The translations under genes and the position numbers were made by a program. DNA of 64,000 bases from the NCBI GenBank assembly GCA_039630545.1, contig JBCNUU010000001.1:160001-224000 (forward strand), written 5' to 3'. Below the pieces are notes generated by a model, which saw only the letters and a program-made list of their open reading frames with translations, searched no databases and was not told the DNA's origin. Source of the stretch: Endomicrobiia bacterium (lineage in GTDB: Bacteria; Elusimicrobiota; Endomicrobiia; DTEH01). Each line of letters begins with the position of its first letter. Within the stretch, counting starts at the first letter, position 1. Below are positions 1-9,198 of this stretch, one piece after another.

Positions 1-449
1 TGAGATTAGTCAAAGAATGTAAAAATATTGTTGGGATAAAAGAAGCATCTGGTTCTATAGAACAAGTATCTCAAATTTATTCTCTTCTTCTTCAGGATGG
101 GTTGGAGAACAAAATTTCAATACTAAGTGGAGATGATAGTATGACTTATCCTATAATGTGTCTGGGTGGAAAAGGAGTGGTTTCTGTAGTAGCAAACATC
201 ATTCCTAAAAAAGTTTCTCAGTTTACTTCACTTTTACTTGAGAAAAAATTTGAAGAAGCACAGAAACTTCACTATGAACTTTATCCATTAATGAAAGCAA
301 TGTTTATTGAGACAAATCCCATTCCAGTAAAGGCTGCTATGGAGATGATGGGATTATGTAGTGGTGAGGTAAGATTGCCACTTACTTTTATTTCTTCACA
401 GAATAAAGAAAAACTAGAAAATATTCTTAAGAAATACAAATTGATTTAA
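1..449 (+). CDS. dapA: 4-hydroxy-tetrahydrodipicolinate synthase, C-terminal part (5' end outside window)
   Basis: Frame is open from position 3: RLVKECKNIVGIKEASGS...ILSGDD...GGKGVVSVVANI...ETNPIPVKAAM...VRLPL, the typical DHDPS motifs. Confidence 0.95.
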   Translation, partial: RLVKECKNIVGIKEASGSIEQVSQIYSLLLQDGLENKISILSGDDSMTYPIMCLGGKGVVSVVANIIPKKVSQFTSLLLEKKFEEAQKLHYELYPLMKAMFIETNPIPVKAAMEMMGLCSGEVRLPLTFISSQNKEKLENILKKYKLI

Positions 450-1229
450 ATGAGATTATTATACATTTATCATATCATATATATTTAAAATTCAACAATT
501 ACAAACTTTTAAGCAAACTATAAAAGAAGATGATTTTTAAAAACACCAAAAAGAAAGGAAATCTAAAAGTATTCCTTGCCAGTCTTTTTTAGAGCAAAAG
601 GACTTACCGGTATAATCAACTAAGCAAAAGAAATAGTTGCAGCAATAAAACATAATTATAATAATACTATGTTGCTTTATAGCTGTTATTCTACTGTTGA
701 GAGTTATGCATATGCCCATAAGTGGAAATTTAGCTAAAAAAATAGTTTTTTTTGACTCTTTTTAAGAGTGATTTTTTTTTAATAATATTAAAATGACAAA
801 AAAATATATCAAACCTCAAATTACTTCCAGGAAAGTTTTATTTCCAAATGATACATCTGTTGTTTAGTTAAATGAAGTTTACTATAAAAATGTAATCTGA
901 AAACTTTATCATCTTTTAAGCTGCTCGATCGTTGGATTTTATTTTATTATCATGTCATTATAAGGTTTATTTTTAAAATAGATAGATTTTTAAAACGTTC
1001 GCTGATGAAGTAAATAAAAAACTGATAACTTTCATAAAAATTTTTTTCTTTCGGTTTTATGTTTTAAAATAAATAAACAGGTTGTTTTTAACATTAGTCT
1101 TCATTTTTTAAAAATGTTTAGGTTTTTCTGCAACAAGAATAAAAACGGTAGAGTATACAATTTGGTGTAGGTTTTTCCACAGGTATAATATAAGGAGCAG
1201 ACCATACTGTGTATGTGCTCTATGTACTA

Positions 1230-1548
1230 AAAGACACTACAACTTCAGCCCTACCTTAACCTAAATTTTTCACAAAAAGATGTGTTAGTTTTTTGAAATG
1301 AAGTTAGTTTTGAGTTGTATGCTTTTTTTGATACACGGAGTTGTGTAAAAAAATAACATGAATTACAAATCTTAACTTCTGTAACATTTAAACATCTTCA
1401 TTATTCAACATCAACAGATGTGATAAACTATACTACCACATTATTATCCTAAAGAAGATACTGCTGGTGTGTAAAAACAAAGAATTATGCAGAAAAGTTT
1501 TCTTTGTAGTTTTCTGCGAGAAAATTCTTGATTGATACGCAACCAGCA
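1230..1548 (+). pseudogene. Decayed fragment of a secreted/surface protein with an FN3/Ig-like repeat
   Basis: 1297-1548 in one frame reads EVSFELYAFFDTRSCVKK*HELQILTSVTF...YTTTLLS*RRYCWCVKTKNYAEKFSL*FSARKFLIDTQP, resembling the D.GSG..Y.LQ.ST...L.EG.YYWRV...D.AGN.S.WS...F.IDT.P repeat pattern, with three in-frame stops. Confidence 0.55.
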
Positions 1549-1872
1549 ATGTTATGTTATTTGTTTGGATTCAGATACAGGTTTATTTAGAATGGTAGTT
1601 TTTCAAGATTTAGACTGAGAACTTACAACCGAGATAAAACTAACAAGTTTGGTTTATAAATTTTTACCTATCAACTTAAGCTTAATAAATCATCGTTAAA
1701 ATTAGATGAAGAAATAAAAAATTTTAAAAATAAGAAAGACTTAGAATGTTTTGGCATTAAAAAACTGCCTCGTTGTGCAGTATTTAGATACCATATTTTC
1801 ACAAAGTAGATATATGTATAAAACTTTTTATTTTTAATTTAAATAATATAAAAAACTTCAATCAAGTTTGTG

Positions 1873-1901
1873 TTGATTTTTTATTAAATTTATTGTATTT
1901 T
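1873..1901 (+). promoter_or_regulatory. Putative sigma70 promoter for tRNA-Pro/rpiB operon
   Basis: TTGATT (1873-1878), 17-bp spacer, TATTTT (1896-1901), 14 nt upstream of the tRNA. The AT-rich background lowers specificity. Confidence 0.4.
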
Positions 1902-1915
1902 TATAAATTCTGCCT

Positions 1916-1989
1916 CGGGGCGTAGCTCAGGTGGCTAGAGCACTCGTTTGGGGTGCGAGAGGTCAGCGGTTCAAGTCCGCTCGCCCCGA
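1916..1989 (+). tRNA. tRNA-Pro(GGG), CCA not encoded
   Basis: Cloverleaf: acceptor CGGGGCG/CGCCCCG, D-arm GCTC/GAGC, anticodon arm CTCGT-TTGGGGT-GCGAG, T-arm AGCGG-TTCAAGT-CCGCT, discriminator A. Confidence 0.97.
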
Positions 1990-2004
1990 GATTATCTCAA
2001 CAGT

Positions 2005-2463
2005 ATGATAATAGCAATTGCATCGGATCATGCTGGGTATAGGATTAAGAAAGAACTGGTTGAATTATTATCAAAAGAGTACAAGATAATAGATTTTGGA
2101 ACTTTTTCAGAAGAATCGTGTGATTATCCTGACTATGTAAAAAAAGTAGTTTTGGCTATAAGAAATAAAGAAGCAGATAGAGGTATACTTTTATGTAGCA
2201 GTGGAGAAGGAGTATGTATTGTGGCCAATAAATTTAAAGGCATAATGGCTGGTTTGTGTTATTCAGAAGAAGTAGCAGGTCTTTTATCTTCTCATAACTT
2301 TACAAATGTGATATGTTTTCCTACAAGAATAAAAAAAGAAATAACATCTGAGATGCTTTATAAGTGGGTAAAAATATGGTTGAATACTCCAAATTCAGAT
2401 GAAGAAAGGCATTTAAGAAGAATAAGAAAAATTAAAGAAATTGAGGAGGAAAATTTTAAATGA
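2005..2463 (+). CDS. rpiB: Ribose-5-phosphate isomerase B
   Basis: IAIASDHAG, DYPDY, GILLCSSGEG, HNFTNVICF, RHLRRIRKI motifs. Start moved to ATG 2005 because the ORF-track start lies inside the tRNA. Confidence 0.93.
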   Translation: MIIAIASDHAGYRIKKELVELLSKEYKIIDFGTFSEESCDYPDYVKKVVLAIRNKEADRGILLCSSGEGVCIVANKFKGIMAGLCYSEEVAGLLSSHNFTNVICFPTRIKKEITSEMLYKWVKIWLNTPNSDEERHLRRIRKIKEIEEENFK

Positions 2464-2864
2464 AATATTTTTCTGTGATTTTTTTGCTGTCTTTTACGAC
2501 TTGTCAAGTATTGTATTCTCAAGTTCATAAGACTATAGACGAAGCAATAGATTTAATAAATAAAAATAAATATGATGAAGCAATAGAAATTTTAGAAACA
2601 AATGGCAAAGAAAACGATATTCTTATAGCTATAGCTTACTTAGGAAAAAAAGATTTCAAAACAGCTAAAGCTTTTGCTTTGCAGTACTGGTTTAACAATG
2701 AAAATGATGTGTTAGCTAACTATGTTCTTGCTTTAATTTCAGAAGAACTTAAAGAGTATAATCTTGCTTTAATGTACTGGTCTGCAGTTTTAAAAAACGC
2801 AAAAGTACCTGTTCTAAAACAGCTTGCAAAAAAGCACATAGAAGTACTCAATAAATTAAAATGA
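2460..2864 (+). CDS. Secreted TPR-like helical protein
   Basis: N-terminal signal peptide, then TPR-like helices (YDEAIEIL, AIAYL, ALISEELKEYNLALMYW). ATGA overlap with rpiB. Confidence 0.7.
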   Translation: MKYFSVIFLLSFTTCQVLYSQVHKTIDEAIDLINKNKYDEAIEILETNGKENDILIAIAYLGKKDFKTAKAFALQYWFNNENDVLANYVLALISEELKEYNLALMYWSAVLKNAKVPVLKQLAKKHIEVLNKLK

Positions 2865-3427
2865 AAAAATCGAAATTCTATTTTATGTTTTCTATCCTTG
2901 CTATCCAGTGTTGTGTAACTCCAAAGGGGGTTTTCCATAAAGATTTTGACATAGACAAACTTACAACGATATTTGTAGAAGAATTCAAGCCCTACAATGG
3001 TTATCCTTCCAGCGGAGAAATGATAAGAGATTTAATAATTCAACATCTTTTAAGAAGAAAATTTGTAGTAAAAGATTTAAATACAGAAGATGTAAAGTAT
3101 ATATTGTCAGGTTCTGTAACCAAGTTTTATCCTGAAAAAAGATATTTAGTTTACATTGGAGAGGAAGGTAAAGATAACATAATAGTAGGAAGCACATTAA
3201 CAGAAATAAGTGGAAGTTATGTTTATAAAATTTCATCTGCGTTTGGCCTTAAAAATGCAGAGATAGTAGCAACTAACTCAGTAGTAGGAGTGTCAGCAAA
3301 ACTTATAGAAAAAGATACAGGTAAAATTTTATGGAGCAGTTCTTTTACATACGAAGCTTTAACTGTAGAAACCGCAGCAGATGTTGTAGTTAACTATTTA
3401 GTTACATCTTTAACTGGCAAAAAATAA
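2861..3427 (+). CDS. Putative lipoprotein (CsgG/DUF799-like alpha/beta fold)
   Basis: Signal peptide ending in Cys-Cys. V.EF..Y, ILSGSV and VGVSAKLIEKDTGKILWS patterns are typical of this lipoprotein superfamily. Confidence 0.6.
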   Translation: MKKSKFYFMFSILAIQCCVTPKGVFHKDFDIDKLTTIFVEEFKPYNGYPSSGEMIRDLIIQHLLRRKFVVKDLNTEDVKYILSGSVTKFYPEKRYLVYIGEEGKDNIIVGSTLTEISGSYVYKISSAFGLKNAEIVATNSVVGVSAKLIEKDTGKILWSSSFTYEALTVETAADVVVNYLVTSLTGKK

Positions 3428-3439
3428 CATAGATATTAA

Positions 3440-4072
3440 ATGGAGATTGCTAAATTTATAGAATACACTAATTTAAAGCCATACGCTACAGAAAAAGACA
3501 TAATAAAACTTTGTAAAGAAGCTATAAGATATGGATTTTTTGGAGTATGTGTTAATCCTGTATATGTGAAATTGTGTAAAGAAATCCTTAAAAACACCAA
3601 TGTTAGAATATGTAGTGTGGTGGGGTTTCCTTTGGGTTGTAATACTACAAAAGTGAAGGTGTTGGAATCCCAGCAGGTAATTTGTGATGGTGCTGATGAG
3701 ATAGATATGGTAATAAACCTTAGTGCTTTAAAATCAGGTAATTATGAAGAAGTTTACAAAGACATAAGCTTTGTAAGGAAAGCTACTGAAGGAAAAATAC
3801 TGAAAGTGATATTAGAAGTTTGTTACCTTACTAAAAAAGAAAAGGTTATAGCAGTTGAAATAGCAAAAAAGGCAAAAGCAGATTTTATAAAAACTTCAAC
3901 AGGATTTGGAACAAGCGGAGCAAATGTAGAAGATATTAAATTAATTAAATCCATAGTAAAAGAAAACATAGGAATAAAAGCAGCAGGGGGAATAAAAGAT
4001 AAAAATACAGCTTTAAAAATGATAAAAGCAGGAGCAGATCGTATAGGAACTTCATCTTTAATTAAGGACTGA
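3440..4072 (+). CDS. deoC: Deoxyribose-phosphate aldolase
   Basis: VVGFPLG, GADEIDMV, LKVILE, DFIKTSTGF, IKAAGGI, GADRIGTS motifs. Confidence 0.97.
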   Translation: MEIAKFIEYTNLKPYATEKDIIKLCKEAIRYGFFGVCVNPVYVKLCKEILKNTNVRICSVVGFPLGCNTTKVKVLESQQVICDGADEIDMVINLSALKSGNYEEVYKDISFVRKATEGKILKVILEVCYLTKKEKVIAVEIAKKAKADFIKTSTGFGTSGANVEDIKLIKSIVKENIGIKAAGGIKDKNTALKMIKAGADRIGTSSLIKD

Positions 4073-4079
4073 ATTATTT

Positions 4080-5513
4080 ATGATCCATAAATGGGAGATA
4101 AAATCATTTAAAGAAGCTAATAAGGTAGAATATAGAATAAGATTAAAAGCACAGGAAGAAGATTTAGTAGAACTTAAAAATTTTCTTAGAGAAAACAAAA
4201 TATAAATCTCAAAAGAATTTTCTTCTTTGAGCACAGAGTTTAATTATGTGTTATATGTAAGCAAAGTAGCTCAAGAAAAAATAAGTAAATTATCACTATT
4301 GCTTAAAAATCTATGTAATGATGGTAGTTTTATAGATATAGAGGAAGCTTCTGTTAAAGATGATGATGGTTTAAAATATCTCTATGAGATTTTAAGAGGT
4401 ATGTATGAATTGCCGATAGTAGGACAGCAGAAAGAGTTAAAAGAGGAATATTATGATATTCTAAAAGAGGCAAGTAAAATGATTTCTTCGGTTACAGATT
4501 TTAGTCAGCTCATAAAGATACTTTTTAAAATTTCGCATCAATTAAACTATGACAAAACAGTTATACTTCTTAGAGACGAAGATATGTTTAGTTTTGTTGA
4601 TGGATATGGAATAGACAAAAGCATTGCTGGTTTATATAAGTTAGATTTGAGCGTTGGGGAGATGATAAAAGATTTAGGAAGGATTGTCCCCAAAGAAAAA
4701 ATTCCTATAGAGATTTTAAATTCACAAGAATTATTTAAGATATTTCCAGTAGGTATAATAATTTCTTTAGTTTCTGAAAAAGAAACAGAAGGATTTATAT
4801 TGTTAAATGAAAAATCTCATATTATGAAAAATTTTAAAACCGATTATGATTTATTAGAAATTATTTCTTCTCAGATTTCTTCAGTTATTAAGAATTTTCG
4901 TCTTTCTAAAGAAGCAATTACTGATCCATTAACTGGTACATATAGGTATAACTATTTTGTAAAAAGATTAAATGAAGAAATTTACAGAAGTATACTATAC
5001 AAACATCCTTTAAGTTTATTGATGATAGATGTAGACAATTTTAAAACAATAAATGATACATATGGACACCAAATAGGAAATGTTGTGTTAAGAGAAATAG
5101 GTAAAGTTTTAAAAGAAAATGTTAGAATAAGTGATATAGTGTGTAGATATGGCGGTGATGAATTTGCTATAATTTTTCCAGAAACTAATATAGATGAAGC
5201 ATTGAGATCTGCAAAAATATTAAAAGACCATATAAATAACGTAGTTAAAATTACAAATGAATTAAAGCAAAAAATAGAAAGAATTGGAATAGAAATTATT
5301 CCTAAAATTATTATTTCTGATATTGAACCGAAGGTTACAGCTTCTATGGGTTTAGCTTTTATTACTGGGAAAGAAGAAAGAAAAATTACTTCAGAAGAGT
5401 TTATTAATTATGCTGATAAAGCTTTATATTTATCTAAAATAGAAGGTAAAAATAAAATAACCATATGGAATGAAGAAGAAATTATAAAATTTTTAAATGG
5501 AGAGATCTACTAA
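4080..5513 (+). CDS. Diguanylate cyclase (unrecognised N-domain + GAF-like + GGDEF); in-frame TAA at 4203-4205, intact ORF from 4227
   Basis: TDPLTG, LMIDVDNFKTINDTYGHQIGN, RISDIVCRYGGDEF (RxxD I-site present), ADKALY..K..GKN. ATG 4080 is in frame with 4227 and separated from it by one stop codon. Confidence 0.88.
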
Positions 5514-6603
5514 AGCTATGAAACCTGCAGATATAGACCAACTGTTACGGTTGATGGTTAAGAAAGGAATTTCTGATATTCATTTTAAAGCGAATTCTTC
5601 GCCACTAATTAGAATAAATGGTAAAATAGTATCTTCCAGATATGAAAAACTTTCTAAAGAAACAATAGAAAATATAGCATATGAACTGATGAATGAAGAA
5701 CAAAGAAAAACTTTTGAAAGAGAATACGAACTGGATTTTGCTTATTCAATAGAAGGATTCGCCAGATTTAGAATAAATGTTTATAAACAAAAAAATACAA
5801 TAGCTTTGACATTAAGAGTTATACCGTTAGAAATCAAGTCATTTAAAGAGTTAAATTTACCAGAAGAAGTGTTAATAAAACTTGCTCACGAACCACGTGG
5901 TTTGATACTTATAGCTGGTATAACAGGGTCTGGTAAGACAACCACTTTAAACTCAATGTTAAATTACATCAATGAAAATTTTGAATATAATATTATCACC
6001 ATAGAAGATCCTATAGAATATTATCACGTAGATAAAAAATCATCCATTTCACAAAGGGAAATAGGTTCCGATACTAAATCATTTAAAAATGCTCTTAAAT
6101 ATGTATTAAGACAAGATCCTGATGTTGTAGTAATAGGAGAGATGCGTGATTTTGAAGCAATATCTGCAGGAATAACAGCAGCAGAGACTGGGCATCTTGT
6201 ACTTTCTACAATTCATACTATTGATGCTGTTCAGACAATTGACAGGATAATAGATAGTTATCCTCCTCATCAACAAAAGCAAGCACGTATACAACTTTCA
6301 AATGTTTTGAAAGGAATTGTAGCACAAAGACTATGTAATTTAAAAGATGGTTCCGGAAGAATTCCAGCTGTTGAGGTGCTTATAGGAACTTCCTTCGTTA
6401 AAAAACTTATTTTAGAAAATAAAACGCAGGAAATATATAAAGCAATGGAAGCAGGAGAGTATTATATGATGAATACTTTTGACCAATCATTACTTAAACT
6501 ATACAACTCAGGTCTTATTACATTTGACGAAGCTCTGGATAAAGCTACAAATCCAGAAGATTTACAGTTAAAACTCCGTGGAATTTCTCAAACAAGAGGT
6601 TGA
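5497..6603 (+). CDS. pilT: Type IV pilus retraction ATPase, PilT/PilU family
   Basis: SDIHF, GITGSGKTTT (Walker A), TIEDPIEY (Asp box), LRQDPDVVVIGEMRD (Walker B), AETGHLVLSTIHT (His box). Confidence 0.92.
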   Translation: MERSTKAMKPADIDQLLRLMVKKGISDIHFKANSSPLIRINGKIVSSRYEKLSKETIENIAYELMNEEQRKTFEREYELDFAYSIEGFARFRINVYKQKNTIALTLRVIPLEIKSFKELNLPEEVLIKLAHEPRGLILIAGITGSGKTTTLNSMLNYINENFEYNIITIEDPIEYYHVDKKSSISQREIGSDTKSFKNALKYVLRQDPDVVVIGEMRDFEAISAGITAAETGHLVLSTIHTIDAVQTIDRIIDSYPPHQQKQARIQLSNVLKGIVAQRLCNLKDGSGRIPAVEVLIGTSFVKKLILENKTQEIYKAMEAGEYYMMNTFDQSLLKLYNSGLITFDEALDKATNPEDLQLKLRGISQTRG

Positions 6604-7337
6604 TTATGCTGCAGGATAAAGACAAAAAAGTAGACGAAATACTGGAAGAATTAAAAAATGTATTAGATTCTATTACTAAAAAAACTCAGACGAATACTCA
6701 ACCATTGCAAGAAGACAGTTTCAAAAAGATAGAAGAAATGAAAAATATATTGAAATCTAAAGAAAAAGAAGAAATTAAACTTGAAGAGAAAAAAGAAGCA
6801 ACACCTACCGAGAAGGTAGACAATGTTAATAAATTAAAAACTTCGTTAACTATCTTCTCTGAAACGACTAAAGAAGAGAAAACAGAACAAAAAATATCTT
6901 CCACAGCTCCAGAGAAACCATCTACTGAAGTGATGCCTCCTGAGGAAGCTGATAAAAAAGAGGGTATTGTAATAAAAACTATGGTGCTGGTTCCATTAGC
7001 TTTACAGGATGCCAAAGATGAGTTTTTTAATAATGTTAATTCTACTTTAAAACGGGTAAGTAAAAAGAATATAGAATTTAAAGAAAGTATCTGTGTAAGT
7101 TATAGTTCTTTAACCAAGGATATTTTTTTACAATATAGTTTAGTAGTTGAAAAAATCAGAAACAATAACATAAATGCCTTAATTTTTATAGTTAATGAAA
7201 ATACCTTAGAAGTAGAAGAGTTTATTAAAAAAATATCATCCTTTGTTATCTTAGCAAAAAGTATAACAATGAAAGAATTAAAAATGAGATCTACATATTT
7301 AGATCTTTCTATAGATTTACTTTTAACTATAAAATAA
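6600..7337 (+). CDS. Hypothetical protein: N-terminal helix, low-complexity E/K/T linker, and a C-terminal alpha/beta domain homologous to the C-terminus of the downstream DnaA-like protein
   Basis: 245-aa ORF overlapping the pilT stop and ending 1 nt before the next ATG. Alternative start ATG 6606. Confidence 0.8.
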   Translation: MIMLQDKDKKVDEILEELKNVLDSITKKTQTNTQPLQEDSFKKIEEMKNILKSKEKEEIKLEEKKEATPTEKVDNVNKLKTSLTIFSETTKEEKTEQKISSTAPEKPSTEVMPPEEADKKEGIVIKTMVLVPLALQDAKDEFFNNVNSTLKRVSKKNIEFKESICVSYSSLTKDIFLQYSLVVEKIRNNNINALIFIVNENTLEVEEFIKKISSFVILAKSITMKELKMRSTYLDLSIDLLLTIK

Positions 7338-7338
7338 C

Positions 7339-9135
7339 ATGATTTCTACATGGGATTTAAAATTTTTACCAACAGATAAATATCCTAATAGGTATAGATT
7401 AAGGGTTAAGTGTTCTGCAGAAGATTTGGAAGAGTTATGTAATTTTCTTAAAGAAGACCTAAACTTAGACATATCACCTCCTTTTAATGTTTTATCTTCA
7501 AATTATAATATAGGAATTTTTATATATGAATTACCACTAGAAACTAAAAATAAACTTGTAGATAAACTATTTTCTATTTGTAAAAGTGGTACAGTAGATG
7601 AAGGAATTTCTTCCAAAGAAGAAAATCAAGAAGAGAAATCTTCTAAAAAAGAATCTTTTCCTGACGAACTAAGCAGTGTCCTTGCCGATTTGGTTGAACA
7701 ACTAAGTTCAAAAGCAGTTGAAGAAGATAGCTCATCCAAGCAAAATATCTTCAATGGGATGCCTTTGAATCCTAAATATACTTTTGAAAATTTTGTAGTA
7801 GGTGCAAGCAATAGATTTACTCATGCTGCTGCTTTAGCAGTTGCTGAAAATCCAGGAAAAGCATACAATCCCTTATTTATATATGGTGGTGTTGGTTTAG
7901 GTAAAACACATCTTATGCAGGCAATAGGACATTATATAAAAAAGAAACGTCCATTACTAAAAGTAGTTTATATCCCATCTGATAAGTTCGTTACTCAGGT
8001 AATAGAAGCTATCCGTTCCGGTAATATTCAAATGTTAAGGGATGCTTATATGAGGGTAGATGTATTATTAGTGGATGATGTTCAGTTTATGGCTAGTTCA
8101 GAATCTACACAAGAAGAGTTTTTTCATATTTTCAACACTTTGCATCAGTATGGAAAACAAATTGTTCTTACAAGTGACAGACCTCCCAAACTTTTATCCA
8201 CACTTGAGGATAGATTACGTTCTAGGTTTGAATGGGGACTTATTGCAGATATAAAATCACCTTCTTTAGAAACAAGGGTAGCTATTCTTAAAAAGAAAGG
8301 AGAAGAAGAAAAGGTTAATGTTGATGATAATATTCTTTTATATATTGCATCAAAATTGAAATCAAATATAAGAGAACTTGAAGGTTTCTTAAAAAGAATA
8401 ACAGCATATGCTCATTTAAACAATGTGCCTATAAATATGGAGCTGGTTAAACAGTTAATGAGCGAACTTTTACCAGAAGAAGAACTCACAGAAGAAGAAA
8501 AAGCATTATCTGAAACAAGAAAAGAAAAAATAGAAGAAAAATCTAAAGAAGAACCCAAAGTTTCAGTAGCGCAAGAAGCTGCTTCTAAGAATAAACAAAA
8601 AGAACCTCAAACTATTTCTCTTGAAGAAATATACAGTTCAACACAACCTCCACTTCAACCTCAAACTCCACAGGTTTCTTCCGAAACAGTTGCTTCAAGA
8701 TCATCTGCACCAGATGAACAGAAATTGTATCAAGAGTATGAAGCAGAAACAAATGTAATTGAGGCTGCATTTTTCTATCCTGAAGGTAAAACTGAAGAAC
8801 TTAATATAGTAAAACAAAAATTTACTGAAGTTATTAAAAAACATAATTTAAAATATAAATTGGCTACAGCTTTTGATAGACCATACATGTTAGAAAATAT
8901 AAACTATAGATTATTTATAGAACTATGTAAGACAAACAAAGTAAATATATGTATAGTTATATCACCTCCGCCCAATAGTAATCTCTCTGCAGAAGAATTC
9001 TATAATAATCTTTTACCATTAGCAGAATCAGAAGGTATTAGATTGGAATACATTAACTGGAAGGAAATAACAAAAGAATACAGATACCTAAATCTCGCCT
9101 TGGATATAGCCCTATCAAAATTTAAGATGTTTTAG
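7339..9135 (+). CDS. dnaA: DnaA-family AAA+ ATPase paralog lacking DNA-binding domain IV, with atypical N- and C-terminal domains
   Basis: [66 protein letters not shown] and NIRELEG are present. No RQxAMYL or GGRDHTTV domain IV signature. Confidence 0.85.
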   Translation: MISTWDLKFLPTDKYPNRYRLRVKCSAEDLEELCNFLKEDLNLDISPPFNVLSSNYNIGIFIYELPLETKNKLVDKLFSICKSGTVDEGISSKEENQEEKSSKKESFPDELSSVLADLVEQLSSKAVEEDSSSKQNIFNGMPLNPKYTFENFVVGASNRFTHAAALAVAENPGKAYNPLFIYGGVGLGKTHLMQAIGHYIKKKRPLLKVVYIPSDKFVTQVIEAIRSGNIQMLRDAYMRVDVLLVDDVQFMASSESTQEEFFHIFNTLHQYGKQIVLTSDRPPKLLSTLEDRLRSRFEWGLIADIKSPSLETRVAILKKKGEEEKVNVDDNILLYIASKLKSNIRELEGFLKRITAYAHLNNVPINMELVKQLMSELLPEEELTEEEKALSETRKEKIEEKSKEEPKVSVAQEAASKNKQKEPQTISLEEIYSSTQPPLQPQTPQVSSETVASRSSAPDEQKLYQEYEAETNVIEAAFFYPEGKTEELNIVKQKFTEVIKKHNLKYKLATAFDRPYMLENINYRLFIELCKTNKVNICIVISPPPNSNLSAEEFYNNLLPLAESEGIRLEYINWKEITKEYRYLNLALDIALSKFKMF

Positions 9136-9198
9136 GCCTTTTTTTTCATTTCATAAACTATTGATTTATAATCATAAATTTCTTAAAAATTATGAATT

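Noticed and set aside
537..719. 60-aa minus-strand ORF
   Set aside because: No recognisable motif or RBS, and it lies in decayed sequence.
450..1900. AT-rich gap as a possible oriC
   Set aside because: I saw only one near-consensus box (TTTTCCACA, 1173-1181) and no cluster. Pseudogene remnants explain part of the region.
1948..2004. ORF-track N-terminal extension of rpiB (MGCERSAVQVRSPR...)
   Set aside because: It is the translated tRNA-Pro sequence. RpiB homology starts at ATG 2005.
8194..8202. Perfect DnaA box TTATCCACA inside the dnaA-like gene
   Set aside because: It is a single copy within coding sequence. About one such 9-mer is expected by chance in 64 kb of this composition.
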